Below are positions 38,586 through 48,804 of a DNA stretch of 64,000 nt, piece by piece. Where the stretch lies: contig JAVHQC010000035.1 of assembly GCA_036170915.1 (NCBI GenBank), forward strand, positions 128,001 to 192,000, written 5' to 3'. The notes under the pieces were generated by a model. The model ran no database searches and was not told where the DNA came from. It worked only from the letters and a program-made list of their open reading frames with translations. How positions within the stretch are numbered: position 1 is the first letter of the stretch; the number at the start of each line of letters is the position of its first letter. Position numbers and translations under genes: made by a program. The DNA is from Cyanobacteria bacterium auto_48_18 (GTDB lineage Bacteria > Cyanobacteriota > Vampirovibrionia > Obscuribacterales > Obscuribacteraceae).

Positions 38586-39170
38586 CTATTTGAGCTTAAG
38601 AGCCAGCCCAGACACTGAAAGATAAACCTGGTCAGCCTGAGCTGCAATTTTCTGATTGGCCAGACCTAGCATGTCACGATAGCTGCGGGCCAAATGGTTG
38701 TCGGGCACGATGCCGGAGCCTACTTCATTGGTGACCACAATAAAGCGTAAATCAGAGCGACTACCTATGGCTGATAAAAAATCATCCACGTCTTTTAAAA
38801 GATTTGCTTCCAGCTCTCTGCGCACATTGTTATCTTCGATTGTGTACGGAATAGAAAGCAACAGATTGGAGACAAAAAGTGAAAGACAGTCGATTAAACA
38901 CAGAATAGGTGCGTTGTCGTCGCCCGGCAACTCTGTTATCACTTTGCTCAGCATCAGTGGTTCTTCGATGGTGCGCCACTCAGTCGGGCGGCGCTTCGTG
39001 TGTAAAGCAATGCGGTCGTGGGCTTCCAGATCGTGATCTATTTTGCCCATAGTTGCAAAGTAGACCACGGCTAAACCTGTGTCTGCCGCCATTTTTTCCG
39101 CTAAAGCAGATTTACCAGACCGAGCACCGCCGGTAATCACCGTCAGCTTCACTAATTCCGAACTTTGCAT
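38586..39170 (-). CDS. cobU: Adenosylcobinamide kinase / adenosylcobinamide-phosphate guanylyltransferase
   Basis: ITGGARSGKS, RI..H..RRP..W.TIEEP, IDCLS, VTNEVGSGIVP, RD.LG.ANQ. Confidence 0.93.
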   Translation of the reverse strand: MQSSELVKLTVITGGARSGKSALAEKMAADTGLAVVYFATMGKIDHDLEAHDRIALHTKRRPTEWRTIEEPLMLSKVITELPGDDNAPILCLIDCLSLFVSNLLLSIPYTIEDNNVRRELEANLLKDVDDFLSAIGSRSDLRFIVVTNEVGSGIVPDNHLARSYRDMLGLANQKIAAQADQVYLSVSGLALKLK

Positions 39171-39271
39171 TTCAACACCCAAAACTTGCAGTTGCCTAAA
39201 GCAGCTAAAACACTTAAGCTATCACAATCTCTTGAACAAATTATGCCACTACTTGCAATACCTGTATAAAA

Positions 39272-40144
39272 GTGCCAGCAGAAGATAAGCTCTACGATTT
39301 TAGTCCACGCACAGCCAATCTGGACAAATTAAAGCAACACGTCCCTGCTTCGCCAATTGCAGATGACGGCATGTCAAAGCATACTCTCGATTTATATAAA
39401 TCGTTTATGCATTCATACGTCAACCGCATTAATAATGCGACCTTCAATGTCACCATAGGAGGTATCAGAATTGGATCAGCCAAATATAGCCGCCTGGCGC
39501 AAATTAATCTGAAAAGCAAAGTAATTACCTTTTCTCGTTTTGCCATCGAAAACGTTCCAGAAAGAGGCAGACGCTATCTTGTTCTTCACGAGTTAGCTCA
39601 CGTTCTCGAAGCCAGCCACAACGATTATTTCTGGCAACTGGTTGGACGCTTCGAACCAAACTACAAGGAGATTGGCAGTGATCTCGACATGGCTTTTAAA
39701 AAGAATGTCAGATCGCATGACAGACTAAGTAAGCGCCAGATTAAAGCCGGCAGCAGTGGTCAGCACGAAAGCGGCCGCGCTCAGCAACATTTAGAATTAT
39801 TCCGTCAGAATAAATTGCTCTGGACTCCTGACCATGGCTATATAGAGCATGGCAACAAACAACTGGGTCTTCATAAAGACCAGGTTGAAAATTTTGCCAA
39901 CATAGACTTAGACAGCAGGCTTGCAGACGAAGCCTTCAGAGCCTATATCGACCTCAGGCGAGAAGAAATAGATCAGGAATGTGACCCTGAAGAAGACCAT
40001 CTGCCTGAAGTTATTGAAGGCGACTGCAATGAAAAGTGTAGTTTCAATACTCAACAGTTAGATGATTATCTCTACAATGATGATGACGAAAACTACACAG
40101 ACAATTTGTTCGGCACCATGAGCGGTGGCGATGGCGTCTTTTGA
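39272..40144 (+). CDS. YgjP/DUF45 (M48-like) zinc metallohydrolase with acidic C-terminal tail
   Basis: YLVLHELAHVLEASHNDYFWQLV (HExxH plus downstream H). Confidence 0.75.
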   Translation: MPAEDKLYDFSPRTANLDKLKQHVPASPIADDGMSKHTLDLYKSFMHSYVNRINNATFNVTIGGIRIGSAKYSRLAQINLKSKVITFSRFAIENVPERGRRYLVLHELAHVLEASHNDYFWQLVGRFEPNYKEIGSDLDMAFKKNVRSHDRLSKRQIKAGSSGQHESGRAQQHLELFRQNKLLWTPDHGYIEHGNKQLGLHKDQVENFANIDLDSRLADEAFRAYIDLRREEIDQECDPEEDHLPEVIEGDCNEKCSFNTQQLDDYLYNDDDENYTDNLFGTMSGGDGVF

Positions 40145-40271
40145 GCCCTGCCTGGTATTTTTAGTGTTTCAAAGAGAATAATTAATTATTAGCTATTAGC
40201 TCTAAAACCAGCGACGACGGTAAGCACGCTAGAATGTTGTCTGAATAGGAAATTCTGGGAATTGGACTGCA

Positions 40272-41537
40272 ATGGCTGAACGCAGGGTAGTTATAACTGG
40301 TTTAGGGATGGTGACTCCGGTAGGCATCGGCAAAGATGTATGCTGGCAAGCACTTCTGGCTGGCGAGTCCGGTGTGGCCCCAATCACACAATTTGACCCC
40401 ATTGCCATTGGTCTCGAAACTAAAATTGCCGCTGAAGTAAAAAACTTCAATATTCAAGACTTCTTCCCCGACAAGCGCAAAGTCGGCGGCATGCTCAAAG
40501 AAATGGATCGCGTCACACTTTTGGCTATGGCAGCGGCAAAATTGGCTCTCGAAGATGCCAACTTTGATATGTCAAAAGAACAAGCCGAACGAGTCGGCAC
40601 CTTCTTAGGAACAGGTGTGGGTGGTCTGATTACAACCACGGCCGATCACATCAAACTGCTGGAAGGCGGACCGCGAAAGCTTGGCTTGCGTTCAGTGATT
40701 AGACTGATGCCCAATGCCCCAGCCGGACAGGTCGCCATCGAATATGGTGCCAAAGGTCGAGCTAAGGCCGACTCTACTGCCTGTGCCAGCGGCCTTGATT
40801 CACTTTTCGACGCATTCATGTACATCAAAGATAACCGCGCCGACGCCATGATTTCAGGTGGTTGCGAAGCCGCCATTAACGCTTTCAGCATGGCTTCATT
40901 CGGTAATATGATGGCCCTATCAAAACGCAATGATGATCCTAAAGGGGCCAGTAGGCCATTTTCCAAAGACAGAGATGGTTTTGTCATCGGCGAGGGTGCA
41001 GTGGTTCTTATTCTCGAAGAATTAGAACACGCAGTTAATCGGAAAGCGCACATCTATGCCGAGATTGTAGGGGGCGGTGCTAGTTGCGACGCTTATCATA
41101 TTGTCGCGCCGCACGAGACCGGTGAAGGCGCTGTAACAGCCATGCGTGAGGCATTGAGAGACGCAAAAATTACGCCTGAAGACCTCGATTACATAAATGC
41201 GCACGGCACTTCCACCCCACTTAATGACGAGCGCGAAACCATTGCCATTAAGACCGTGCTGGGCGAGCACGCCTACAAAATTCCAATCTCAAGCACTAAG
41301 TCGATGGTAGGCCATTTGCTTGGTGGTGCTGGTGCTATCGGCACTGCGGTAGCAGCTTTGAGCTTGCACGACCAAAAAGTTCATCCCACCATCAACCTCA
41401 ATAATCCAGACCCTCTCTGCGATCTCGATTATGTGCCCAATGTTGCCCGCGAAGTCAAAATGGAATACGCCATGGTTGAAGCCTTAGGCTTCGGTGGTCA
41501 CAACACAGTGCTCATCCTTAAGCGCTACACGGCCTGA
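40272..41537 (+). CDS. fabF: Beta-ketoacyl-ACP synthase II
   Basis: RRVVITGLG, TACASG, INAHGTSTPLND, KSMVGHLLG, GFGGHN. Confidence 0.95.
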   Translation: MAERRVVITGLGMVTPVGIGKDVCWQALLAGESGVAPITQFDPIAIGLETKIAAEVKNFNIQDFFPDKRKVGGMLKEMDRVTLLAMAAAKLALEDANFDMSKEQAERVGTFLGTGVGGLITTTADHIKLLEGGPRKLGLRSVIRLMPNAPAGQVAIEYGAKGRAKADSTACASGLDSLFDAFMYIKDNRADAMISGGCEAAINAFSMASFGNMMALSKRNDDPKGASRPFSKDRDGFVIGEGAVVLILEELEHAVNRKAHIYAEIVGGGASCDAYHIVAPHETGEGAVTAMREALRDAKITPEDLDYINAHGTSTPLNDERETIAIKTVLGEHAYKIPISSTKSMVGHLLGGAGAIGTAVAALSLHDQKVHPTINLNNPDPLCDLDYVPNVAREVKMEYAMVEALGFGGHNTVLILKRYTA

Positions 41538-44500
41538 TTGAGCTTTTGATTTCTTTTTCTTGGTGGGCCAGGCATAACTGTGCGCGACAGTTGGTCCGGG
41601 TCGGCAGAATTTGAATTGGAAGCTACGGCAGCATTGTTATTGGCCGCAGCTATTGGTGATACTGCTGCTGGTGACTCGTTGTCATCATCATCATCATGAT
41701 TAGATTGATTTGCCACTACAGAAGATCCGCCTTGTTCAAGGATATCAGCTTCGGTTTGTTCTTCACCTTCGCCCACTGTACCGCGACCAACGCCACCTTC
41801 ATTAGCGGATGCAGCCAGTGATGAGAACATCTGCTTGGTATCAGATGTGGTTCTATTGCCCACGGTGCCGCCGCCGACTATATTGGCCATAGAACTGGCC
41901 ACGGTAGCAGTATCACGTCGGGTAGCTGCGTTTGAGTTCATCAGCGAAACAGGCGTGTTCAGTTTGAGTGAAAACGCAGAAGGCATATTGAATCTATCGC
42001 TGGCCGGCTTCTCAAAGCCTTTATCTACGTCAGATCGGCGGGTAGATCTAATCAAGTTCTGAGCTGCAATAAACGAGATAGTAGTGGTATCAGCAGGTGT
42101 TTCAGCACCTTTGCCGCGGAAATGCTCACTGCCATACATGCTAATAAGAGCGCGTTTTTGATTGTAGTCAGGATCATTGACGTTGAGGCCAAAAGCGCCT
42201 ACATCAGACATTTTGTAGAAATTGTCTTGCCCGACGCTGCGAGATGCCACGCCGTTGTCTTGCGGTACTACTCTGTTCTGGCGACCGGCGGCAAAGGCAT
42301 TGCGCACCACGGTTTGACCGTTGGCAGTGAAAGTGACATTCTCTCTGGCAGGAACTGCTTGAGCACTTACTGGCTTCACTTTGATTTCGGTTTTATCTAA
42401 GTTAGTATCAGGATTAACTATTGGTCTGTCACCACCTATCGTGCCAGCCTTGGTTTCAATGACAGCGCCAGCTTTGACGTCGCTACCATTTTGCGTATTC
42501 TCTACGGCTTTAACTTCAGGAGTGGCAGTTAGAGATTGATCAAGATCAGGAGCAAAATTTTGAATTGGCCTGTCATCTTCCATACGATTGCTGACAAAGA
42601 TCGTTGCTAAGCCAGCAGCCATGCCAGTTCCGCTCACAGTTCTAATGAAATTAGGATTAAAGAACATAGAACGGTTGTTGGCAAAAATAATATCGTTTGC
42701 CGACAAGTTTCTCATCATGGCGCCGGTCTGGCCGTTACCACCAATAAGCGGCAACATTTGACTGCGCACCGCAAGGAAGTCGACGAATTTCGATGCAGCA
42801 GAATTGCCTGCCAGACTAACTGTTTTGAAACCTTCAGAAGTAAGACCGGCAAGCAACAGCTTGTCTGAAGCAACTTTATTGCCTTCTGCTGCTAGTTTAA
42901 CGAGATTGCTTCTATAAGCGGCCACTTCAAGTTCATTTGCCGCCACAACCAGCTTGGCCTGTGCTTGTTCGAGCTTGTTAGCCACTTGCATACCGGTATG
43001 ACTTTCAAGATAACGCAGCGTTTGCAATTCGGTTGATGTTTGGCGAATCAACTCTCTTTGTACTACCGAGCTGCTGGAATGGCTTACTTGATTGAATAGA
43101 TTTTCAACATTAGGCAGACGCTTTTCAAACACGCTTTGAGCCAGTACCCTTGCGTCGCTGACAGTTTCGCCAATAGCATTGTGGGCTTGTTTGAGCTGGC
43201 CTACTTCACGAGCGGTTTGCGAACCCACAACTTTTGACGCCGCGATTTCGCGTTCAATAATTGCCAGCTGCTGGTCCATTTGTTTGATTGCTACGCTGCG
43301 ATCGCCGCGCACCATCACATTTTCAGCAGCGCGAGTGTAGTCAGTTACGGCCTGACGCAAAGTCACATTATTTGATAATGCCACATCTTTCGCCACAGTG
43401 CTTTCCAGTACCTGACCAGTTTTGACCAGTGACTGCGCCTGTGCCTCGATTTTCAAAGTGCTTTGCTCTAGAGCTCTCACTTCCAAATTCTGCTTGAGAT
43501 TAGAAACACTGGCTTTGAGATCATCGAGAACTCTCTTGCCTTCTAAAGAACGGTTCATGGCAGACTGGAAGCCAGGTTGTTCAATTTCAGCAGCAAGCTT
43601 TTTGAGGGCAACCGATTGCTGTTCAAAGGTTGAAGCAGTTTTCACTTCCACGGCAGCTTTTTCAATATTGACCAGACGCTGAGAAACGTTAGCGTCCGCG
43701 CGCAGGGTTGAATTTTCTGCCACTCTGGTGCTTAGACCGGCAACGTGATTGGCTTCTTTTGTAATGGCGGCAGTATTTGCTTCAAAACTACGCAAGCCCT
43801 GAGCTTCGACGGCAGCTCTATCAAGCTTAGCCACCGATTGTTTTAACTCCTGATAAATAGCTGCTTTCTCGCCTTTGAATAGAGCCTGGCCACCCAATTC
43901 GTCAATCTTCACCAGTGAATCTTTGATTCTTGCCACGGTGTGAACATCATCCACAGCGTTAGTGAGAGTCTTCGATTGACGCGAAATGAAGTCGAGATTG
44001 TCGGAGACCTGGGCTTGAATAGAGCTAGAAGATTTTTGTGCATGGGCTGCAGTATTGTCGGCCAGGTTAGCTGACAATTTTTCAGTTTGAAGACCAATTT
44101 TTGTAGTTTCGCGTTCGATGGTGCCAACTGTAGCTTCCATTTTTTGCACGCGACCCAAAGCAGCCGAACCATTCTCCAGTTCGACAACACTGGCTCTTAG
44201 ATCTTGAGCAATATTTTTGGCACCACCAGCTTCAAGGTTATCAATGCGATTGCGCACAGATGAAAGTACTTGATTGGTGTTGACACCTTCTTTTAAGGTG
44301 ATTAGCTCTTTTGAGATGCTACTCAGTTCTTGTGTAACTTTTGGCAATTGCAACTCAGGATGGCCTGATTGAGCAATTCTTTCCACTTTGCCCACAGCGG
44401 CAGTGGTCTGTTGACCGAAGCGGCCGATGGTCTCGATGCGCTCGATGGCAAGGGCGGAAGTTTCGATTTTGCTGGCGGCATTGCCCATAGTGGCACTGGA

Positions 44501-47212
44501 AACTTTCATCTCTTCAACCAGTGCAGCCGCTTTCGGATTTTCGGCGAAGAAACGCGAAAATTCAGGCTTGTCGAATTCTTTAATAAGTTGCTGAACTTCC
44601 CGCGCCTGTACGCTGGCATTAGAAGCTCCAGAACTAGAAGGCGTAACTGGTGAGCGGTTATCCAGCACATCATCAATCTTCTTCAAGTTGCTGTTCAAGC
44701 GATCAACAACAGCACCATTGTTTGCACCGCGAGCACCAACTGATTCATCAAGCATTCTAGTCAAGTCACGAGTGCGACCGCTCAAGGTTGCCGCTTCGTT
44801 ATCTAAAATTTTGAGACTGCTCTCAATCTGTTTCAAACTTGTGCGCTCAACCGCTGATGTGGTAACGGTGTTAACGCTGCGGCGCATTTCGACCAGTTCT
44901 TTACCGGCTACCGATTCAAGCACATCTTTGCCGACATTCTGCTCCACTGAGCGCATGGCTTTGCCCAGGTCGTCGACCAGTTGTGGTGTCGCACCTTTTT
45001 CGGCGATTAATTTGAAATTGCTTTGCAGAGCATTGAGAGAGGCTGCGGCATCGCCGTCTAGCTTCAAGCCACTTTCAGTCAGCTTGGCGCTGAAGCTTTC
45101 GACTTTTGCCAGGCCTTGTTCCGCCACAACATTTGTGGCTGGCATTTTAGCGGTGAGCGGCTCTTGCAATTGGAATGGAGATTTTGCAGTAGTTAACTTA
45201 GGTGCCACCGATTCCAGCAATTCACCACCAGCGGCATTAATAGCACCAGTAGTTGTCTTAATTTCTTGCAGTGCGGCTGCAGCCTTGGGATTTTGAGCAA
45301 AGTGCGCGGCAAACTGAGGGCTATCTAGTTGCTTAACGGCGAGGTCAAGCTCTCTGACCGCTGACGGAGTGGTGACACCCCTTTCTAAAATTTCGTCGAT
45401 TTTGCGAACAGAGCTGGTCAATTCGCCGGTATTGGCCACTCGGCTATCAGCAATGGCGTCAACCAGTTTGGTGGTCTGCTGACCCAGGTTGGCGGTCTGC
45501 GCTTCTACCAATTGGACTTGTGATCTTGCAGTACCTAAATTAGGTGTCAGTGCGTTCAACAAATCGTCTCCACCAGCTGCATTTTTAATAGCACCAGTGG
45601 TTGTTTTAACTTCTTGCAGTGCGGCTGCAGCTTTTGGATTTTCAGCAAAGTAAGCTGCATATTGAGGGCTATCTAGTTGCTTAACGGCAACGTCAAGCTC
45701 TTTGACTGCTGACGGAGTGGTGACACCCCTTTCTAAAATTTCGTCGATCTTGCGAACAGAGCTGGTTAATTCGCCGGTATTGGCCACTCGACTATCAGCA
45801 ATGGCATCCACCAGTTTGGTGGTCTGCTGGCCCAGGTTAGTTGCTTGAGCTTCCACCACTTTGATGTCTTTTATTACCGGAGCGTCAAAGTCGGGAGCTT
45901 TAATAGTGGTCTCAGCCTTAGCAATATTGGGCTTAGCACCACTTTCGAGCACAACTTCAGATCTAGTTACCGCGGTTTCACCGGTTACAGGTTTTACTAC
46001 GGGCACTTCTTTAGACGGCAGGACAGGCACTTCTTTATTTGGAAGCACCGCATCTTTTACAGGAACTACCGCGTCTTTTACAGGAACTACCGGGTCTTTT
46101 ACAGGAACTACCGGGTCTTTTACAGGAACTACCGGGTCTTTCACAGGAACTACGGCGTCTTTTACGGTTTCGCCGGTTATGACTTTCGGTGTGCTAGCTG
46201 CATCACCAATTTTACTCTCGCCCACCGGACGAGTAATAACGGGCTCAACAGGAGGGGTTTTGCCATCTAAGTGAACCGGCTTCGCGACAACTGGCGCGTC
46301 AGGCACAACCTTAGTATCGATTTTGACGTTAGCGCCCAACTTGATATCAGCAGCTGGAACGACAGCGTCGTCGATTGCCTTGATCACTCCTCCTGCTGGT
46401 TTAACTTCGACTCCAGCAAAACTGCGAGAAGGAGAAGGGGTAGCAAATGGCAGTTCAAATTTTGTCGACAATCCTTTAAGAGGATTGTTGGTGCTCAACC
46501 AATCAATTTTGTTGGCCATTGATTGACCAAAAGTAGTGACAGGTTTGATTGCTGTTGATTCGGCAGCCCTAACCACAAGGCCTTCCGGCACGCGGCGGCC
46601 AGAAAGAACGGCTACGTCATTCAGCTCGGGAGTGCTGCTACGTGTAAGAACAGTGCGCACGTCAGACACCAAACTGCGAGCAGCCACGGTACGAGCCATG
46701 GCGGACTCGGCACCAACGATGGCCTCAGTGCGCGCACCGACTTTACCGGCAGTGCTGGAACCGCCAAATCCGGCGGTGAAAACGGTAAAGATGGCAGCAC
46801 CAGCAAGGTGATAGCGCTCTTTGGTGGAACCATGATCAATTACAGCAGCGGCTTTGACGGTTTCGTCTTTTAAGGCTTTGGCTGTCGCCACCGGATTGCT
46901 GACAATATCTTTGACATTTGCGGCGATGTTGCCGACTACACCCTGACTGTTGCTCTTCTTACCAGCAACGATGTCGGCAGTACTCTGATGGCGAGTGACA
47001 ATTGCCAGGGTACCGAGAGCCGCGTCGGCCATCCCGGAGGTCAGGCTACTGAGATTAGAAGACCAGCTGGATTCTTCTTTTTTGACGAACTTTGCTTCTG
47101 GAGCTTTTGGTTTGGAAGCCAGCAGGTCGCCCGCTAAATTTGCAGCAGGAGTGCTAGGAGCCTTAACTGGCTCGTCTGGTTTCTCACTCGATGCTTGTGG
47201 ATTTTTGGGCAT
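41525..47212 (-). CDS. Very large (1895 aa) repeat-containing helical hypothetical protein
   Basis: Uninterrupted 5.7-kb ORF with internal repeats and two Gly/Ala-rich hydrophobic segments. No recognised catalytic motif. Confidence 0.8.
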   Translation of the reverse strand: MPKNPQASSEKPDEPVKAPSTPAANLAGDLLASKPKAPEAKFVKKEESSWSSNLSSLTSGMADAALGTLAIVTRHQSTADIVAGKKSNSQGVVGNIAANVKDIVSNPVATAKALKDETVKAAAVIDHGSTKERYHLAGAAIFTVFTAGFGGSSTAGKVGARTEAIVGAESAMARTVAARSLVSDVRTVLTRSSTPELNDVAVLSGRRVPEGLVVRAAESTAIKPVTTFGQSMANKIDWLSTNNPLKGLSTKFELPFATPSPSRSFAGVEVKPAGGVIKAIDDAVVPAADIKLGANVKIDTKVVPDAPVVAKPVHLDGKTPPVEPVITRPVGESKIGDAASTPKVITGETVKDAVVPVKDPVVPVKDPVVPVKDPVVPVKDAVVPVKDAVLPNKEVPVLPSKEVPVVKPVTGETAVTRSEVVLESGAKPNIAKAETTIKAPDFDAPVIKDIKVVEAQATNLGQQTTKLVDAIADSRVANTGELTSSVRKIDEILERGVTTPSAVKELDVAVKQLDSPQYAAYFAENPKAAAALQEVKTTTGAIKNAAGGDDLLNALTPNLGTARSQVQLVEAQTANLGQQTTKLVDAIADSRVANTGELTSSVRKIDEILERGVTTPSAVRELDLAVKQLDSPQFAAHFAQNPKAAAALQEIKTTTGAINAAGGELLESVAPKLTTAKSPFQLQEPLTAKMPATNVVAEQGLAKVESFSAKLTESGLKLDGDAAASLNALQSNFKLIAEKGATPQLVDDLGKAMRSVEQNVGKDVLESVAGKELVEMRRSVNTVTTSAVERTSLKQIESSLKILDNEAATLSGRTRDLTRMLDESVGARGANNGAVVDRLNSNLKKIDDVLDNRSPVTPSSSGASNASVQAREVQQLIKEFDKPEFSRFFAENPKAAALVEEMKVSSATMGNAASKIETSALAIERIETIGRFGQQTTAAVGKVERIAQSGHPELQLPKVTQELSSISKELITLKEGVNTNQVLSSVRNRIDNLEAGGAKNIAQDLRASVVELENGSAALGRVQKMEATVGTIERETTKIGLQTEKLSANLADNTAAHAQKSSSSIQAQVSDNLDFISRQSKTLTNAVDDVHTVARIKDSLVKIDELGGQALFKGEKAAIYQELKQSVAKLDRAAVEAQGLRSFEANTAAITKEANHVAGLSTRVAENSTLRADANVSQRLVNIEKAAVEVKTASTFEQQSVALKKLAAEIEQPGFQSAMNRSLEGKRVLDDLKASVSNLKQNLEVRALEQSTLKIEAQAQSLVKTGQVLESTVAKDVALSNNVTLRQAVTDYTRAAENVMVRGDRSVAIKQMDQQLAIIEREIAASKVVGSQTAREVGQLKQAHNAIGETVSDARVLAQSVFEKRLPNVENLFNQVSHSSSSVVQRELIRQTSTELQTLRYLESHTGMQVANKLEQAQAKLVVAANELEVAAYRSNLVKLAAEGNKVASDKLLLAGLTSEGFKTVSLAGNSAASKFVDFLAVRSQMLPLIGGNGQTGAMMRNLSANDIIFANNRSMFFNPNFIRTVSGTGMAAGLATIFVSNRMEDDRPIQNFAPDLDQSLTATPEVKAVENTQNGSDVKAGAVIETKAGTIGGDRPIVNPDTNLDKTEIKVKPVSAQAVPARENVTFTANGQTVVRNAFAAGRQNRVVPQDNGVASRSVGQDNFYKMSDVGAFGLNVNDPDYNQKRALISMYGSEHFRGKGAETPADTTTISFIAAQNLIRSTRRSDVDKGFEKPASDRFNMPSAFSLKLNTPVSLMNSNAATRRDTATVASSMANIVGGGTVGNRTTSDTKQMFSSLAASANEGGVGRGTVGEGEEQTEADILEQGGSSVVANQSNHDDDDDNESPAAVSPIAAANNNAAVASNSNSADPDQLSRTVMPGPPRKRNQKLNQAV
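45238..45858 (-). repeat. Internal duplication: two copies of about 270 bp with a 348-bp period
   Basis: Near-identical VEAQ..NLGQQTTKLVDAIADSRVANTGELTSSVRKIDEILERGVTTPSAV..AAALQE.KTTTGAI blocks at about 45238-45510 and 45586-45858. Confidence 0.9.
46053..46165 (-). repeat. 21-bp tandem repeat, five units plus a partial (PVKD[P/A]VV)
   Basis: tcttttacaggaactaccggg units. Confidence 0.92.
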
Positions 47213-47548
47213 TGTTTGACTTGGAGGCTATTTTCTTTTGGGCTGCCAGATGGGGGGTCTATGCATCTACACGGGTTGCCAAGAATCTAGACAAATTTCT
47301 CATTTTTATCTGTATAAATCGATGGGGGAACCACGAGGTAAGGAAAAATGACGTTTGTGGAAAGTAGGGACGCCAGAGTGGTACTTTGATAAGAACCCTT
47401 GGTATTTGGTCTTTGCTCCGTGTAACCGGTGCCAGCGTTTGCCCGAGCACTAATTACAACTTATATATCCCCTCAGCGTAAGGGTTCTAAACAGGTCCAA
47501 GGCCAGAGAACCGGTTGCCAAGAGGCCCTTGAGGATTTGCCCACCAAC

Positions 47549-48376
47549 ATGTACCTGCGAGAAAGCCTCAATAACATTCTGGAAAAAGACCCGGCAGCAC
47601 GCAGTTGGCTTGAAGTTGTGCTTTGCTACCCTGGTTTCCACGCCCTCTTTTTCCATAAAATTGCCCATTCTTTGTGGCAAGCAGGCCTACGTACACCTGG
47701 CCGATTTATCTCCCACCTCGGTCGCGTTTTTACCGGCATCGAAATTCACCCAGGTGCAACCATCGGTAGGAGAGTTTTCATTGACCATGGAATGGGCGTT
47801 GTGATTGGCGAAACCGCCAGGGTGGGTGACGATTGCGTTATTTACCAGGGAGTAACCCTGGGGGCAGGGGCAGCAGCACGTCAGGGTGCACTCAGCCGCG
47901 ACACCAAGAGGCACCCAACCTTAGGGCAGGGAGTGATCGTGGGCAGCGGTGCCGAAATTCAAGGGGCGATTATCGTTGGTGATAACGTGCGGGTAGCTTC
48001 GCGCTCGATTGTGCTCAAAGATGTGCCGGCCAATTCGGTGGTGGTGGGCGTACCTGGTCGAGTGATCTATCGCGATGGCCAAAAAGTGCAGCCGGAAAAA
48101 CCACAAGAAGACGTACCAGACATTGAGGCGCAAGCGATCAAATCTTTGCACGACAAATTGTCTGACCTGGAGGGCACCGTTAAAGAGCTCAAAAATAAGG
48201 TCAAACTGCAAAATCGCCAGTTAGAGCAATTGCAAGAACGGGTGCCCTGTCCTGAATTGAGCGCCGAATCGAGCGCCAGCCACACGGCCCTGACCTCCCT
48301 GGATCCTCGTCCAGTTGGCAGCAGCGGCGACGGTCAAGACCCAGTAGACGTTTTTCTCCAGGGGGCAGGAATTTAA
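47549..48376 (+). CDS. cysE: Serine O-acetyltransferase with C-terminal coiled-coil extension
   Basis: DPAARS.LEV..CYPG, TGIEIHPGA.IG..FIDHGMGVVIGETA, KRHPT, VVGVPGR. GAGG RBS. Confidence 0.93.
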   Translation: MYLRESLNNILEKDPAARSWLEVVLCYPGFHALFFHKIAHSLWQAGLRTPGRFISHLGRVFTGIEIHPGATIGRRVFIDHGMGVVIGETARVGDDCVIYQGVTLGAGAAARQGALSRDTKRHPTLGQGVIVGSGAEIQGAIIVGDNVRVASRSIVLKDVPANSVVVGVPGRVIYRDGQKVQPEKPQEDVPDIEAQAIKSLHDKLSDLEGTVKELKNKVKLQNRQLEQLQERVPCPELSAESSASHTALTSLDPRPVGSSGDGQDPVDVFLQGAGI

Positions 48377-48512
48377 TGTTGGTAAGCATTTGACAAATTA
48401 GCGGCCGATAACTTGAATAATTGAGTAGCAGCAACGAAACGACCGAATCAGCGGCTAAGATTGCGGGTAGAATAAATTGGGTCCTCAGATTTGACGGAGA
48501 AAGGAAACTCGC

Positions 48513-48737
48513 ATGGCGGTTAGCGAGCTTGAAAAAGCATTCGGCACTCTTACCGAAGCTCTCGACATGACTGAATCGGAAATTTCCGAGGAAGTTAAGA
48601 TCATTGAGCAGCAAATAGAAGAGTTAAAGGCACGAACTATTGAACTCGTGGGCAAACAAGAAACGTTAGCTCACGACCGAGCATCCATTTCAGAAATGGT
48701 CAATCGATATTGTGACACCGAGGGCGGTGCGGGCTAA
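48513..48737 (+). CDS. Small acidic coiled-coil hypothetical protein
   Basis: AAGGA RBS and a heptad pattern. Confidence 0.6.
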   Translation: MAVSELEKAFGTLTEALDMTESEISEEVKIIEQQIEELKARTIELVGKQETLAHDRASISEMVNRYCDTEGGAG

Positions 48738-48804
48738 TTGCTATTAGGTCGTTCGCCTGTAGATCCAGCATTGCCTGGAAGAAGCTAGGAAATATTCATT
48801 CACA

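Noticed and set aside
43278..43285. HIP1 octamer gcgatcgc
   Set aside because: The only copy I noticed in 64 kb, which is consistent with chance rather than HIP1 enrichment.
46053..46165. Possible CRISPR-like repeat array
   Set aside because: Repeats are contiguous without spacers, are in frame within a CDS, and no cas genes are present.
47317..47340. T-box-like sequence (gggggaaccacg) upstream of cysE
   Set aside because: Lacks the invariant UGGN-ACC bulge; no terminator or stem I seen.
47340..47380. c-di-GMP-I riboswitch-like words (gaaa..gggacgc)
   Set aside because: No GGCAAAC element, and the stem around GAAA does not pair.
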